From contig JAGVMV010000024.1 of the NCBI GenBank assembly GCA_020053595.1, positions 29,707-93,706 on the forward strand: 64,000 bases of DNA, in the 5' to 3' direction. The notes beneath the pieces are model-generated. The model was not told the DNA's origin, did not search any database, and was given only the letters and a program-made list of their open reading frames with translations. Position 1 is the stretch's first letter. Every line of letters starts with the position of its first letter. The stretch comes from Thermoleophilia bacterium. GTDB taxonomy: Bacteria > Actinomycetota > Thermoleophilia > BMS3ABIN01. A program made the position numbers and the translations under genes. Of this stretch, positions 1 through 8,858 are shown one piece after another.

Positions 1-1
1 T

Positions 2-457
2 CTCGATCCCAACGGGCTCGACTCCAGCGCCGGCAGTGTCAAGGCGCTGGGTTTGCTGGACATGGAGACGGTTTTTTCTCCGGAAAAGGAAACGCGGCAG
101 ACGGCCGGTGAAGTGGTGGCCGCCACGCCGCTGCTCGCCGAGGGCGCGCTGGTGACCGGGTATGAGATTCACATGGGCCGATCCGAGCTGGGCCCGGGCG
201 TGAAACAGCTGTTGCAGACCGGCCACGGGGCCGACGGAGCCGTGAGCGCCGACGGCCTGGTGCTCGGCAGTTACCTCCACGGTTTTTTCGACAGCGATGA
301 CGTGCTCGCGGGGCTGCTTTCCTATTTCGGCTGTCCGGCGGAACTGCCCATGATGGGGCGGGAACTGCTCAAGGAGCACGAATACGATCGCCTGGCGCGC
401 GAACTCCGGGCATCACTTGACATGGAGAAGATATATGAGATTATCGGGATCGGCTAG
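2..457 (+). CDS. cobQ: Cobyric acid synthase CobQ/CbiP, C-terminal glutamine amidotransferase domain. Partial: the 5' end lies outside the window.
   Basis: Translation VTGYEIHMGRSELGP...LVLGSYLHGFFDSDDV matches the conserved C-terminal GATase region of CobQ. The frame is open to the window edge. Genomic context is the cbi cluster. Confidence 0.8.
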   Translation, partial: LDPNGLDSSAGSVKALGLLDMETVFSPEKETRQTAGEVVAATPLLAEGALVTGYEIHMGRSELGPGVKQLLQTGHGADGAVSADGLVLGSYLHGFFDSDDVLAGLLSYFGCPAELPMMGRELLKEHEYDRLARELRASLDMEKIYEIIGIG

Positions 458-1435
458 ATGACGGCAACCGCGGTTAAAATATTTCTCGGTTATTCCCTGG
501 ACCTGACGGCTGGAGAACCGCCGGCGGCCTGGCACCCGGTTTGCTGGATGGGCAAGGCCGTGGATCTGACGGATTGGGCCGCGCCCGGCCGGGAGCGGCT
601 CCCTCGCAGCCAGCGTATTTCCGGGGCGGCGGCGGCGGTTCTGCTGCCCACGGGAACCTATCTGCTCACCCGCGGGTTTTTAAGGTTGTTGCCACGCCCG
701 TTTTCCGGTGTGGCCGAGGTGGCGCTCATATCGACGGCGCTGGCAGGGCGTTCTCTGTATGAACAGGCCATTCGCACGGAGGATGGAGTTGTGCTCGGTA
801 TCGGGGAGGGCCGCGAGGCGGTCTCGGCAATGGTAGGTCGCGACACGGATGAACTCGGCGAGGACGATATCATCCGCGCCGCTGTCGAGAGCGTCGCCGA
901 GAACGCCAACGACGGGGTTATCGCGCCGCTCTTCTTCGCCGTCATCGGCGGGGCGCCACTGGCGCTGGCTTACAAGATGGTGAACACCCTGGATTCGATG
1001 ATCGGCTACAAGGATGAGCAGTACAAGTATTTCGGCTGGGCCGCCGCCCGGCTGGATGACAGCATTGGCTTTATTCCCGCCCGGCTGACAGCGCTGGCGG
1101 CTGCGGCTGCCAGCTCTCTGGTCGGCGGCAGCTCGAACGATGCCCTGGCCATATGGCGCCGTGACGCCAGGTTGCAGGACAGTCCAAACGCCGGCGTTTG
1201 CGAATCGGCCTATGCCGGGGCTCTGGGCGTGCGTCTGGGCGGCCAGAATTATTATTCCGGCTTGCCGGTGCAAAAACCGGTGATGGGTGGGGAGTTCCGG
1301 AAGCCGGTCCATGACGACATCGGCCGCGCCGCCCGGCTGATGTATGCCTCCTCGGCGCTGGTGCTGGGCGCCGGGCTGCTGGCCAGGATGATCATCGCCG
1401 CGTTCAAATTCATGGGTAGCGGGCGAAAAAAGTGA
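458..1435 (+). CDS. cbiB: Adenosylcobinamide-phosphate synthase CbiB/CobD
   Basis: 325-aa multi-TM protein of the CobD/CbiB family. It lies in the cobalamin cluster, with the next gene overlapping its stop by GTGA. Confidence 0.85.
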   Translation: MTATAVKIFLGYSLDLTAGEPPAAWHPVCWMGKAVDLTDWAAPGRERLPRSQRISGAAAAVLLPTGTYLLTRGFLRLLPRPFSGVAEVALISTALAGRSLYEQAIRTEDGVVLGIGEGREAVSAMVGRDTDELGEDDIIRAAVESVAENANDGVIAPLFFAVIGGAPLALAYKMVNTLDSMIGYKDEQYKYFGWAAARLDDSIGFIPARLTALAAAAASSLVGGSSNDALAIWRRDARLQDSPNAGVCESAYAGALGVRLGGQNYYSGLPVQKPVMGGEFRKPVHDDIGRAARLMYASSALVLGAGLLARMIIAAFKFMGSGRKK

Positions 1436-2049
1436 GCTCGGAAGGCCCGGATAAAGGGAAAGGCGGGAATTTTGAGGACCACGACCGCCTGGCGCGGGTG
1501 CTCTGGGAACAGGCGCGCCGGCAGGGGCTGGTCCATCTCTATACCGGGAACGGCAAAGGCAAGACCACGGCGGCGCTGGGGCTGGCGCTCCGGGCCCTCG
1601 GACGGGATCGCAAGGTGGCGGTGATCCAGTTTCTCAAGCGGACGACAATCATGACCGGCGAGATGGTCTTCGCCGAAAAAATGGGCGGCCCTTTGATCAT
1701 CCGCCAGTTCGGGGCCTCGCGTTTCGCCACAAAGCAGGAGCAGCGGGCGGTGGCAGAGAGCGGCCACACTGTCGAGCGCGGCTGGGAAGTCGCCCGGGAG
1801 CTGGTTACCACCGGCGACCACGATCTCGTGGTGCTTGATGAGATCACCCATGTGGTCAAAAACGGGCAGATAAAGCTGGCGGACCTCATCGACCTCGTCA
1901 GGCACAAGGCGCGCAGCGTCGAGCTGGTGCTGACCGGCCGCTACGCGCCGCCGGAGCTACTGGAAGTCTGTGACTATGTCACGGAAATGCGAGAAATCAA
2001 ACATCCCTATCACAACGGCGTCAGAGCCCGCGAGGGGACCGAATATTGA
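1432..2049 (+). CDS. cobO: Cob(I)yrinic acid a,c-diamide adenosyltransferase (CobO/BtuR/CobA type)
   Basis: Motif YTGNGKGKTTAALG is the P-loop typical of CobA/CobO. GTG start overlaps the cbiB stop. Confidence 0.85.
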   Translation: MSSEGPDKGKGGNFEDHDRLARVLWEQARRQGLVHLYTGNGKGKTTAALGLALRALGRDRKVAVIQFLKRTTIMTGEMVFAEKMGGPLIIRQFGASRFATKQEQRAVAESGHTVERGWEVARELVTTGDHDLVVLDEITHVVKNGQIKLADLIDLVRHKARSVELVLTGRYAPPELLEVCDYVTEMREIKHPYHNGVRAREGTEY

Positions 2050-3155
2050 AAGATCTGAGCGGAAAAAATTTTATCGGCATCGATTCGGGCGCGGACGCCA
2101 TCCCCGCCCACGGTGGGCGCCGCCTGGATGCGGCGCGCCGTCATGGCATACCCAAGGAAGAACTGCTCGACTTCAGCGCCAGCATCAATCTGCTCGGTCC
2201 TTCACCGGCGGCGCTGGCGGCCGTCAGGACGGCCACGGTGGACATCCACTATTATCCGGATGAAAACGCCGACGGCTTTTCGCGCCTGGTGGCGAGCTAC
2301 CTGGGCGTCTTCCCGGATGAGGTCGTTCCCGGCAACGGCAGCATCGAGGTGATCTACTGGCTGGCCGTGGCGTTAAAACCACGTCGGGTGCTGATCGTCG
2401 AGCCGACTTTCTCCGAGTATCGCCGGGCCTGCGAGTCGGTTGGCGCCAGCTGTGACTCTTTTATGCTGGAAGAGGACGAGGACTTCGCTTTCGAAACCGC
2501 GCGGCTGCAACCCGATGGCTATGACCTGGTTTTCGTCTGTAATCCGAACAATCCCACCGGTTACCTGGCGCCGATCGAGGAAATAGCCGCTTTGTGGCAG
2601 CGATGCCGCCTGGCCGGGGCGGCCCTGGTGGTGGATGAGGCGTTCATCGATTTTTCCGGCCCCGAGCAGTCGATTCTTTCTCATGGCGTTTCCCAGGGAC
2701 TTTTCGTGGTGCGCTCATTCACCAAGTCGCACGCGCTGGCGGGATTGCGGCTCGGCTGCCTGGTGGCCGAGGCGAATTTCGCCTCGCGATTGCGGTCCCT
2801 GATGCCGCCCTGGAACGTCAACTCTTTCGCCCTGGCGGCGGGAGAGGCGTCGCTGTGCGACTGGGAATACATGCCGCACAGCCGTCGCCAGAACGCGTCG
2901 GCGCGGGCGCGGTTGTACGCCGACCTCGAGGCTATCCCGGGTATGGAGCCACTGCCTTCCGAGGCCAACTTTTTGCTCTGCCGCCTTGCCGGCGCCGGTT
3001 CGGCGGCTATAACCGAATGGCTGGGGAGCCAGGGTATCCTGGTGCGGGAATGCCGTTCATTTCCGGGCCTGGGCGACAGCTATATCCGCGTGGCGGTCCG
3101 TTCCGAACGGGATAACTACCAGCTTGTCTCGGCACTGAGAAAGGCGCTGAAATGA
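2046..3155 (+). CDS. cobD: L-threonine-O-3-phosphate decarboxylase (CobD/CobC; class I/II aminotransferase fold)
   Basis: N-terminal FIGIDSG...DFSASINLLGPSP and overall aminotransferase-like sequence. TTG start overlaps the upstream stop. B12-cluster context. Confidence 0.8.
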   Translation: MKDLSGKNFIGIDSGADAIPAHGGRRLDAARRHGIPKEELLDFSASINLLGPSPAALAAVRTATVDIHYYPDENADGFSRLVASYLGVFPDEVVPGNGSIEVIYWLAVALKPRRVLIVEPTFSEYRRACESVGASCDSFMLEEDEDFAFETARLQPDGYDLVFVCNPNNPTGYLAPIEEIAALWQRCRLAGAALVVDEAFIDFSGPEQSILSHGVSQGLFVVRSFTKSHALAGLRLGCLVAEANFASRLRSLMPPWNVNSFALAAGEASLCDWEYMPHSRRQNASARARLYADLEAIPGMEPLPSEANFLLCRLAGAGSAAITEWLGSQGILVRECRSFPGLGDSYIRVAVRSERDNYQLVSALRKALK

Positions 3156-3219
3156 TGGTGCCTGCAGGCGGAGAAATGCTTGCTCCAGCTGGCGCGGGCC
3201 GGCTTTGGGAGGCGCATCA

Positions 3220-4677
3220 GTGATCCCTCTGGCGATAGCAGGGGTTGCCAGCGGCGTCGGCAAGACGACGGTCGCGATCGGCCTGATGGGCGCGTTCAGG
3301 CGCCAGGGCATCAGGGTGGCCCCGTTCAAGACGGGTCCCGATTATATTGATCCCGGTTACCATCTGGCGGCCACCGGGGTTCCGTCGCGGAATCTCGACA
3401 GCTGGCTGACATCCGCTCAGGTGGTTCAGGAAATCTACGCGCGCGGTGCTGCCGGAGCTGACCTGGCGGTAATCGAGGGGGCCATGGGCCTCTTTGACGG
3501 GCGCGCCGGCGCCGGCGATCAGTGCAGCACCGCCGAAATCGCGCGACTCACCGGCGCGGCAGTCGTGCTGGTGGTCGACTGTGCCCGCCAGGCCCGCAGC
3601 CTGGCGCCGGTGCTGGCCGGCTTTGCCGCCTTCGACAGGAGGGTGAATCTGGCGGGGGCAATCCTCAATAATGTTGGTAGTTCCGCACACGCGCGCCTTC
3701 TCGAAGACGCCGCCCGTGAGGCCGGGGTGCCGCTGCTGGGTGTGCTGCCGCGGCGCCGGGATATCTCGCTTGATTCCCGCCACCTTGGGCTGGTTCAGGC
3801 GGATGAGCCGGTAGCGACCGCGGGCAGGCGAAACGGGGAGCTTGTCGCCGAAGTGATCGAACGAATAATCGATCATGTAGACGGCAATCTGGACCTCGAG
3901 GCCATGCTGGGGCTGTCCCGTGGAGCGGCCGCTGTTGTTGAACCTCGGCCAGTGGCTACTGCTCCGCCAGTGGTTGCTGTTGTGCCGGCGGATGCTGCGC
4001 CAGCGGCGACGGTTCTGCCCAGGCTATCCCGCATCCGCCTGGCGGTGGCGCGGGACGAAGCTTTTTCTTTTTATTATCTTGACAGTCTCGAAGCGCTGGA
4101 GGCCGCGGGCGCGGAACTGATTTACTTCAGCCCTCTGCATGACCCGGAGCTGCCTGCTTGCGACGGCCTCTATCTGGGAGGCGGTTACCCGGAGATGTTC
4201 GCGGCCGGGCTCGAGGCCAACGCGTCCATGCGGGGTTCGCTGGCCGCCGCGGCCGGGGACGGTTTGCCGGTTTATGCCGAGTGTGGCGGACTGGTCTATC
4301 TCTGCCGCGAGCTGGAGGTCGATGGCAGGCGTCGGTCGATGGTTGGCGCCCTGCCGCTGAAGGCCCGCATGACCGGCAGCCGCCAGGCGCTGGGATATGT
4401 GGAGGCCGAAGCCAGGACCGACAACCTGCTGTTCGCGAGCGGGGAGCGGGTTCGCGGCCACGAGTTCCATTGGTCCGCCATCGACTGGCAGGAGGAAAAC
4501 CTGGCCTATGACTGTTTTTCCAGCCGGGAGCCCGGTGGCTGGGTAGACGGATTCAGTGCCGGCAACCTGCTGGCGTCATATGTTCATATTAATTTCGCCG
4601 GTAACCCCCGGGCGGCCGAACGGCTGATCGCCACCTGCGCCAGCGTGAAGGGAGTGAGCGTTCGTGCCAGCCTCTGA
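3220..4677 (+). CDS. cbiA: Cobyrinic acid a,c-diamide synthase CbiA. The likely GTG start at 3220 follows a GGGAGG RBS; the ORF track starts at TTG 3205.
   Basis: IPLAIAGVASGVGKTTVAIGLM P-loop start. C-terminal GATase region ...YAECGGLVYL.... Strong RBS before 3220. Confidence 0.85.
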   Translation: MIPLAIAGVASGVGKTTVAIGLMGAFRRQGIRVAPFKTGPDYIDPGYHLAATGVPSRNLDSWLTSAQVVQEIYARGAAGADLAVIEGAMGLFDGRAGAGDQCSTAEIARLTGAAVVLVVDCARQARSLAPVLAGFAAFDRRVNLAGAILNNVGSSAHARLLEDAAREAGVPLLGVLPRRRDISLDSRHLGLVQADEPVATAGRRNGELVAEVIERIIDHVDGNLDLEAMLGLSRGAAAVVEPRPVATAPPVVAVVPADAAPAATVLPRLSRIRLAVARDEAFSFYYLDSLEALEAAGAELIYFSPLHDPELPACDGLYLGGGYPEMFAAGLEANASMRGSLAAAAGDGLPVYAECGGLVYLCRELEVDGRRRSMVGALPLKARMTGSRQALGYVEAEARTDNLLFASGERVRGHEFHWSAIDWQEENLAYDCFSSREPGGWVDGFSAGNLLASYVHINFAGNPRAAERLIATCASVKGVSVRASL

Positions 4678-5842
4678 TATTTCCGGAAAAGCCGGGGGTG
4701 AAACCGGCGTGGTCGTCCTCGGCCATGGCAGCCGGGCTCCGGAAGCGCTCGTTCTGCTCAATTGGGTTGCCGACCACCTGGCGGAACGGCTGGAGATGCC
4801 TGTGCTGGCGGCTTCCCTGCAGTTCAACAACCCGACGCTGGGCGAATGCTGCCGGGAGCTGGCGGCTGCCGGAGCACGCCGCGTTGTGGTGGCGCCCTAC
4901 TTCCTTTTCAATGGCAACCATCTGATGAAGGATATCCCCGAAGAACTGGAACGGTTGCGGCTGGAACTGCCCGGGACGGAGTTCATCCTGGCCGATTCAC
5001 TGGGGACCGACGACCTGCTGGTAGAAGTTCTGGCCCGACGCACGTTGGCGAAGATGGATAAGCTCGGGGAAGGAGATAGCGCGGATCGGTCAGCCAATGA
5101 CGATGCCGCGGATTTATTCGCAGCCCTTTGCAACGCAGCCTGCGGTTTGGGCGATGCGACCTGCGGCGATGGCGGGGATACGGCTGGCCGGAGCGGGGAA
5201 ACTTTTACCGGCGGCGCGGCCGCCGCGATAGCCCGGCACCCGATCGAAGTGGAAAGTTTTGAGATCATCGATAGCCTGCTGGAACCCGCTGACGCCGCTG
5301 ATCCCGAGTATCAGGTGATCCGCCGTGTGGTTCATACCACCGGTGATCCCTCGCTGGCCAGGGCGATGTATTTTTCCGCCGCCGCCATCGGGGCCGGCGT
5401 TGAGGCTATTGCCGCCGCCGCCGGCATCTATTGCGATGTGAACATGGTGGCCGCCGGCATCCAGCCGACCACGTCAATCCTTGGACTCGAAGTGACCTGC
5501 ATGGTTGCGGACCCGGCGCCGGCTGAGCTGGCCGAGCAGGAGGGCATTACCCGTGGCGCGGCGGCGATGCGACTGGCGGCTCCCACGCTCGATGGCGCCA
5601 TCGTCGCCATCGGCAACTCGCCCACGGCGCTCTTCGAGCTGTTGCGGCTGGTTGAGAAACAGGGGCTGCGCCCGGCGCTGGTCGTTGGGGTACCGGTTGG
5701 TTTTGTCGGCGCCGCCGAGAGCAAGGAAGCGCTGGCGGCTTCGGCTATTCCCTGTATAACCTTGCCGGGCAACCGCGGCGGCAGCACCGTGGCCGCGGCC
5801 ATAGTCAACGCGCTGATGAGGCTGAGCGCTCGAGGTCAGTGA
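4664..5842 (+). CDS. cbiXC: Fusion protein: N-terminal CbiX-type sirohydrochlorin cobaltochelatase domain plus C-terminal precorrin-8X methylmutase CbiC/CobH domain
   Basis: N-terminus VVLGHGSRAPEA...VVVAPYFLFNGNHLMKDIP is CbiX(S)-like. C-terminus HPIEVESFEIID...AIVAIGNSPTALFELL...VVGVPVGFVGAAESKEAL is CbiC-like. The two are joined by a low-complexity Gly/Ala/Asp linker. Confidence 0.8.
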   Translation: MPASDISGKAGGETGVVVLGHGSRAPEALVLLNWVADHLAERLEMPVLAASLQFNNPTLGECCRELAAAGARRVVVAPYFLFNGNHLMKDIPEELERLRLELPGTEFILADSLGTDDLLVEVLARRTLAKMDKLGEGDSADRSANDDAADLFAALCNAACGLGDATCGDGGDTAGRSGETFTGGAAAAIARHPIEVESFEIIDSLLEPADAADPEYQVIRRVVHTTGDPSLARAMYFSAAAIGAGVEAIAAAAGIYCDVNMVAAGIQPTTSILGLEVTCMVADPAPAELAEQEGITRGAAAMRLAAPTLDGAIVAIGNSPTALFELLRLVEKQGLRPALVVGVPVGFVGAAESKEALAASAIPCITLPGNRGGSTVAAAIVNALMRLSARGQ

Positions 5843-5893
5843 TAAAACCAAACAACAAAAATTTAACTATTATCAAGTGATGATACGAACTGG

Positions 5894-5922
5894 TTGAAAA
5901 TGCAATTACGTTTATCTATACT
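5894..5922 (+). promoter_or_regulatory. Sigma70-type promoter: -35 TTGAAA, 17-bp spacer, -10 TATACT
   Basis: Near-consensus hexamers with optimal spacing in an AT-rich stretch directly upstream of the riboswitch and cbiM. Confidence 0.5.
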
Positions 5923-5954
5923 CCAATCCACCAAACAAGGTCAGTGGGGCTTCC

Positions 5955-6100
5955 TGTTTTTAAATGGAAGCTTAAATGGGGCAAGTCCGGTGCAAGTCCG
6001 GCGCAGTCCCGCTACTGTAAGTGAGAACGGTGTTCAGGTCCGGCATTTGTCGACCGTACCCGTCTCTCACAAGCCAGAAAACCCGCCCCTGACCAGGATT
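5955..6100 (+). ncRNA. Cobalamin (adenosylcobalamin) riboswitch
   Basis: GGAAGC...GGTGCAAGTCCGGCGCAGTCCCGCTACTGTAAGTGAG core. Downstream B12-box-like AAGCCAGAAAACCCGCC. It sits in the 5' leader of the cbiM cobalt transporter gene. Confidence 0.75.
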
Positions 6101-6227
6101 CCGAGAACCTTCGCGAGAAAGGGGCAGGATTATGATGGCATTTCCATAGATAACCCTTTGTCCAGCTTCCAGGATGAAGGTTTTTTTCATTTTTCAGCAA
6201 TTATCTGAATCGCAGAAAGGATGCTCC

Positions 6228-6887
6228 ATGCACATTCCTGAAGGACTGATTCCCGCGCAGCAGGCGGTAGTCTGGTACGCGCCGGCGATGGCTTTTCTGG
6301 GCGCCGGGCTGATCGGACTCAAGCGTCATCTGGCCGCAATACCATCATCGCGCCCCCTGGTCGGCCTGATGGGCGCCTTTGTATTCGTAATATCGCTCAT
6401 GCCGATTCCGGTCCCGGGCCTGGGGACGGTTTCCCACCCCTGCGGCACCCCCATGGCGGCCATCCTGTTGGGGCCGCTTACGGCTGCAGTGCTGGGATCG
6501 GTGGCGCTGCTGCTGCAGGCGCTTTTCTTTGCCCATGGCGGCATCACCAGCTGGGGCGCCAACATCATGTCGATGGCCGTGGGCGGTTCGTTCGCTGGCT
6601 TCGCGGTCTTCAAGATCTCCCGTCGCGCCGGGCTCGGCCTCGGGATATCGGCCGGGATGGCCGGCTTCGTCGGTGATCTGGTCACTTACGGCCTGACTTC
6701 GCTCCAGATCGCCCTGGCGCTGCATGGGGATGAGCCGGCGCCGTATGTCTGGGGGGCGGCTTTTGTCTCATTTATGCCGACCCAGGTGCCGCTGGCGATC
6801 GCCGAAGCGCTGTTTACCGCCGGCGTGGTGGTCTTCATCGCTAACGAGCGCGCCGAGATCCTCGAAGGCGCGGTGGTGCGGCCATGA
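6228..6887 (+). CDS. cbiM: Cobalt ECF transporter substrate-specific component CbiM. The ATG at 6228 is preferred over the upstream ORF start at 6174.
   Basis: MHIPEGLIP start typical of CbiM, preceded by an AAAGGA RBS. Multi-TM protein. Confidence 0.85.
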   Translation: MHIPEGLIPAQQAVVWYAPAMAFLGAGLIGLKRHLAAIPSSRPLVGLMGAFVFVISLMPIPVPGLGTVSHPCGTPMAAILLGPLTAAVLGSVALLLQALFFAHGGITSWGANIMSMAVGGSFAGFAVFKISRRAGLGLGISAGMAGFVGDLVTYGLTSLQIALALHGDEPAPYVWGAAFVSFMPTQVPLAIAEALFTAGVVVFIANERAEILEGAVVRP

Positions 6888-7156
6888 AGCGCTGGATGAT
6901 AGTTCTGGCAGTAGTAGCGGTTTTTCTGACCGCTGTGCTTTTCACAGAATCACAATGGGAAGGGGATGTCACCGAAGGGGCCGCAGCACCTCTGGCGGAG
7001 AAGGCGGGTGTTGAGGAATCCCAGGTCCTTCCCTGGAAGATAGACGGCGACCTGCTGCTCTTCTTCTTTCTCTCCGGCGGCGCCGCCGCTGGCTTTGCCG
7101 CTGGGTATTACTGGAGGACGCTGTTTTCTGAAAGCGGCAGGAAGGAAATGGCTTAG
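6884..7156 (+). CDS. cbiN: Cobalt transport protein CbiN
   Basis: 90-aa protein with two TM helices. Its position between cbiM and cbiQ is diagnostic. Confidence 0.75.
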   Translation: MKRWMIVLAVVAVFLTAVLFTESQWEGDVTEGAAAPLAEKAGVEESQVLPWKIDGDLLLFFFLSGGAAAGFAAGYYWRTLFSESGRKEMA

Positions 7157-7230
7157 ATGATACAAGTGTCGCCAGATGATACAGGGACGCGCCACGGCGC
7201 GTCCCTGTGGAACTTTCCAGGGGAACCCAG

Positions 7231-7998
7231 ATGACCGGAACGTCGCACAGTGGTGACAGCTACGCCTGGGGAGACAGCTTTCTCTCCCGCATCGATCCCA
7301 GGGTGAAAATCGCCGGATTCGCAGGACTGCTGATGGTTAATCTGGTTGGAGCTTCATACCTTGTGTCAGGGTTGATAGCTCTCGCCATGGTCCTGTTGAT
7401 GATCGCCGGACGCATTCCCTACCGCCGGCAACTGCTAATGATCGCTTTCCCCTCGACTTTCGCCTTGTTTGCCATAATTTCACAAACCGTGTTTAAAGGG
7501 GGAGAGGTATTCGTCGCGCTGGGTCCGTTCGACTTGCACCTTGACGGGCTCTTTCACGGCCTCTATCTCTCCCTGCGAATCGTCGCCGGGGGCCTGATTG
7601 TCGTCGTCCTGGGGGTGACGACACCGCTCAACCGGCTCTGTCTGGCCCTCAGATGGTTCAAAGCTCCGGCTACCTTTATTGAGGTAATGCAATTGACTTA
7701 CCGGTATCTATTCGACATACACGCGGAATTTTCAAGGATGCGAGAGGCGCAACGCTCGCGGCTCGGCTGGTCCTCGGCGCGCTCCGGTTTGGCGAGCAGC
7801 CGCATGCTGGGCGGTTCCCTTTTTCTGCGGGTCTACGAACGTGGCCTGCGGTCCTCGGAAGCGATGCGCTGCCGTGGCTCGGGGCCGGTGGTAAACGGCG
7901 CGCTGCCCCGTCCCGGCCGGCTGGATATTCTCGCCGGGCTGGCCGTCGCGGCGTTTCTCAGCGCCTTGAGCCTGCTGGCCCTGGGAGGCCCGGCGTGA
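7231..7998 (+). CDS. cbiQ: ECF transporter transmembrane (T) component CbiQ. The ATG at 7231 follows an AGGGGA RBS; the ORF track starts at GTG 7207.
   Basis: IDPRVKI motif and multi-TM profile of the CbiQ/EcfT family. Confidence 0.8.
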   Translation: MTGTSHSGDSYAWGDSFLSRIDPRVKIAGFAGLLMVNLVGASYLVSGLIALAMVLLMIAGRIPYRRQLLMIAFPSTFALFAIISQTVFKGGEVFVALGPFDLHLDGLFHGLYLSLRIVAGGLIVVVLGVTTPLNRLCLALRWFKAPATFIEVMQLTYRYLFDIHAEFSRMREAQRSRLGWSSARSGLASSRMLGGSLFLRVYERGLRSSEAMRCRGSGPVVNGALPRPGRLDILAGLAVAAFLSALSLLALGGPA

Positions 7999-8858
7999 TC
8001 CGCATCGACGATCTTCATTTTACCTATCCCGGCGGCACCCAGGCGCTTGACGGCGTCTCCCTGGAGGTGCCCGAGGGTTCCTTCCTGGCGGTGATGGGCG
8101 CCAACGGCTCGGGCAAGTCGACGCTGCTCAAGCATATCAACGGCTTGTTGCTGGCCCAGTCGGGCGCTGTCACGGTGGCCGGCCTGGAGGTCGAGCGCAA
8201 GAACTTCGACGAGGTCAACCGGGTTGTCGGCTTTGTCTTCCAGGATCCCAACGACCAGATATTCGCGCCGACCGTGCGCGACGACATCTGTTACGGGCCG
8301 CGGAACCTGGGTCTGCCGGAGGAGGAAGTGGAGCGCCGGCTCACGCGGGTGGCGGCGCAGGTGGCGATTGGCGACCTGCTCGACCGGCCGATTCATCACC
8401 TGAGCTATGGTCAGAAGAAGCGCCTTTCCATCGCCGGGGTGCTGGCCATGGAGCCGCGGGTTCTGGTTCTGGATGAGCCCACCGCCAGCCTCGACCCGAT
8501 GGGCGAGCGCCGGCTGATGCGGTTGCTGCTGGAACTCAACCGGCAGGGCATGACCATAGTCATGGCGACGCACGATGTCGATCTGGTGCCGCTTTACGCC
8601 CGGCAGGTCTGCCTGTTACGCGGCGGCCGGCTGGTGGTCGCCGGCGGCCTGCGCGAAGTCTTCAGCGACCAGGAGCTGATCGAGCGTTGCCATCTCAGGC
8701 TGCCACGGATCTCCTACCTTTTTGAGATGATCCCCGATGTCGAGGAGCTGCCACTGACCGTAGGCATGGCCCGCCACAAGCTCGAAGAATTGCTGGAGCG
8801 TGGCGAGCTGGGAGCTGTCGGGCTCGAGCTGCTCGAGGTGGAGGAGGGCCTGACATGA
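7995..8858 (+). CDS. cbiO: Cobalt ECF transporter ATP-binding protein CbiO
   Basis: Walker A GANGSGKST, Q-loop, LSYGQKKRLSIA signature and Walker B LVLDEPT. Confidence 0.9.
   Translation: MIRIDDLHFTYPGGTQALDGVSLEVPEGSFLAVMGANGSGKSTLLKHINGLLLAQSGAVTVAGLEVERKNFDEVNRVVGFVFQDPNDQIFAPTVRDDICYGPRNLGLPEEEVERRLTRVAAQVAIGDLLDRPIHHLSYGQKKRLSIAGVLAMEPRVLVLDEPTASLDPMGERRLMRLLLELNRQGMTIVMATHDVDLVPLYARQVCLLRGGRLVVAGGLREVFSDQELIERCHLRLPRISYLFEMIPDVEELPLTVGMARHKLEELLERGELGAVGLELLEVEEGLT

Noticed and set aside
5894-6208. 104-aa ORF on the + strand overlapping the riboswitch region
   Set aside because: It overlaps the conserved cobalamin riboswitch core. It has no RBS and no family similarity. Non-coding RNA is the better explanation.
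6174-6227. Upstream extension of cbiM (ORF track start at 6174)
   Set aside because: CbiM proteins begin MHIPEG, and the ATG at 6228 has a proper AAAGGA RBS. The extension would add a non-conserved hydrophilic leader.
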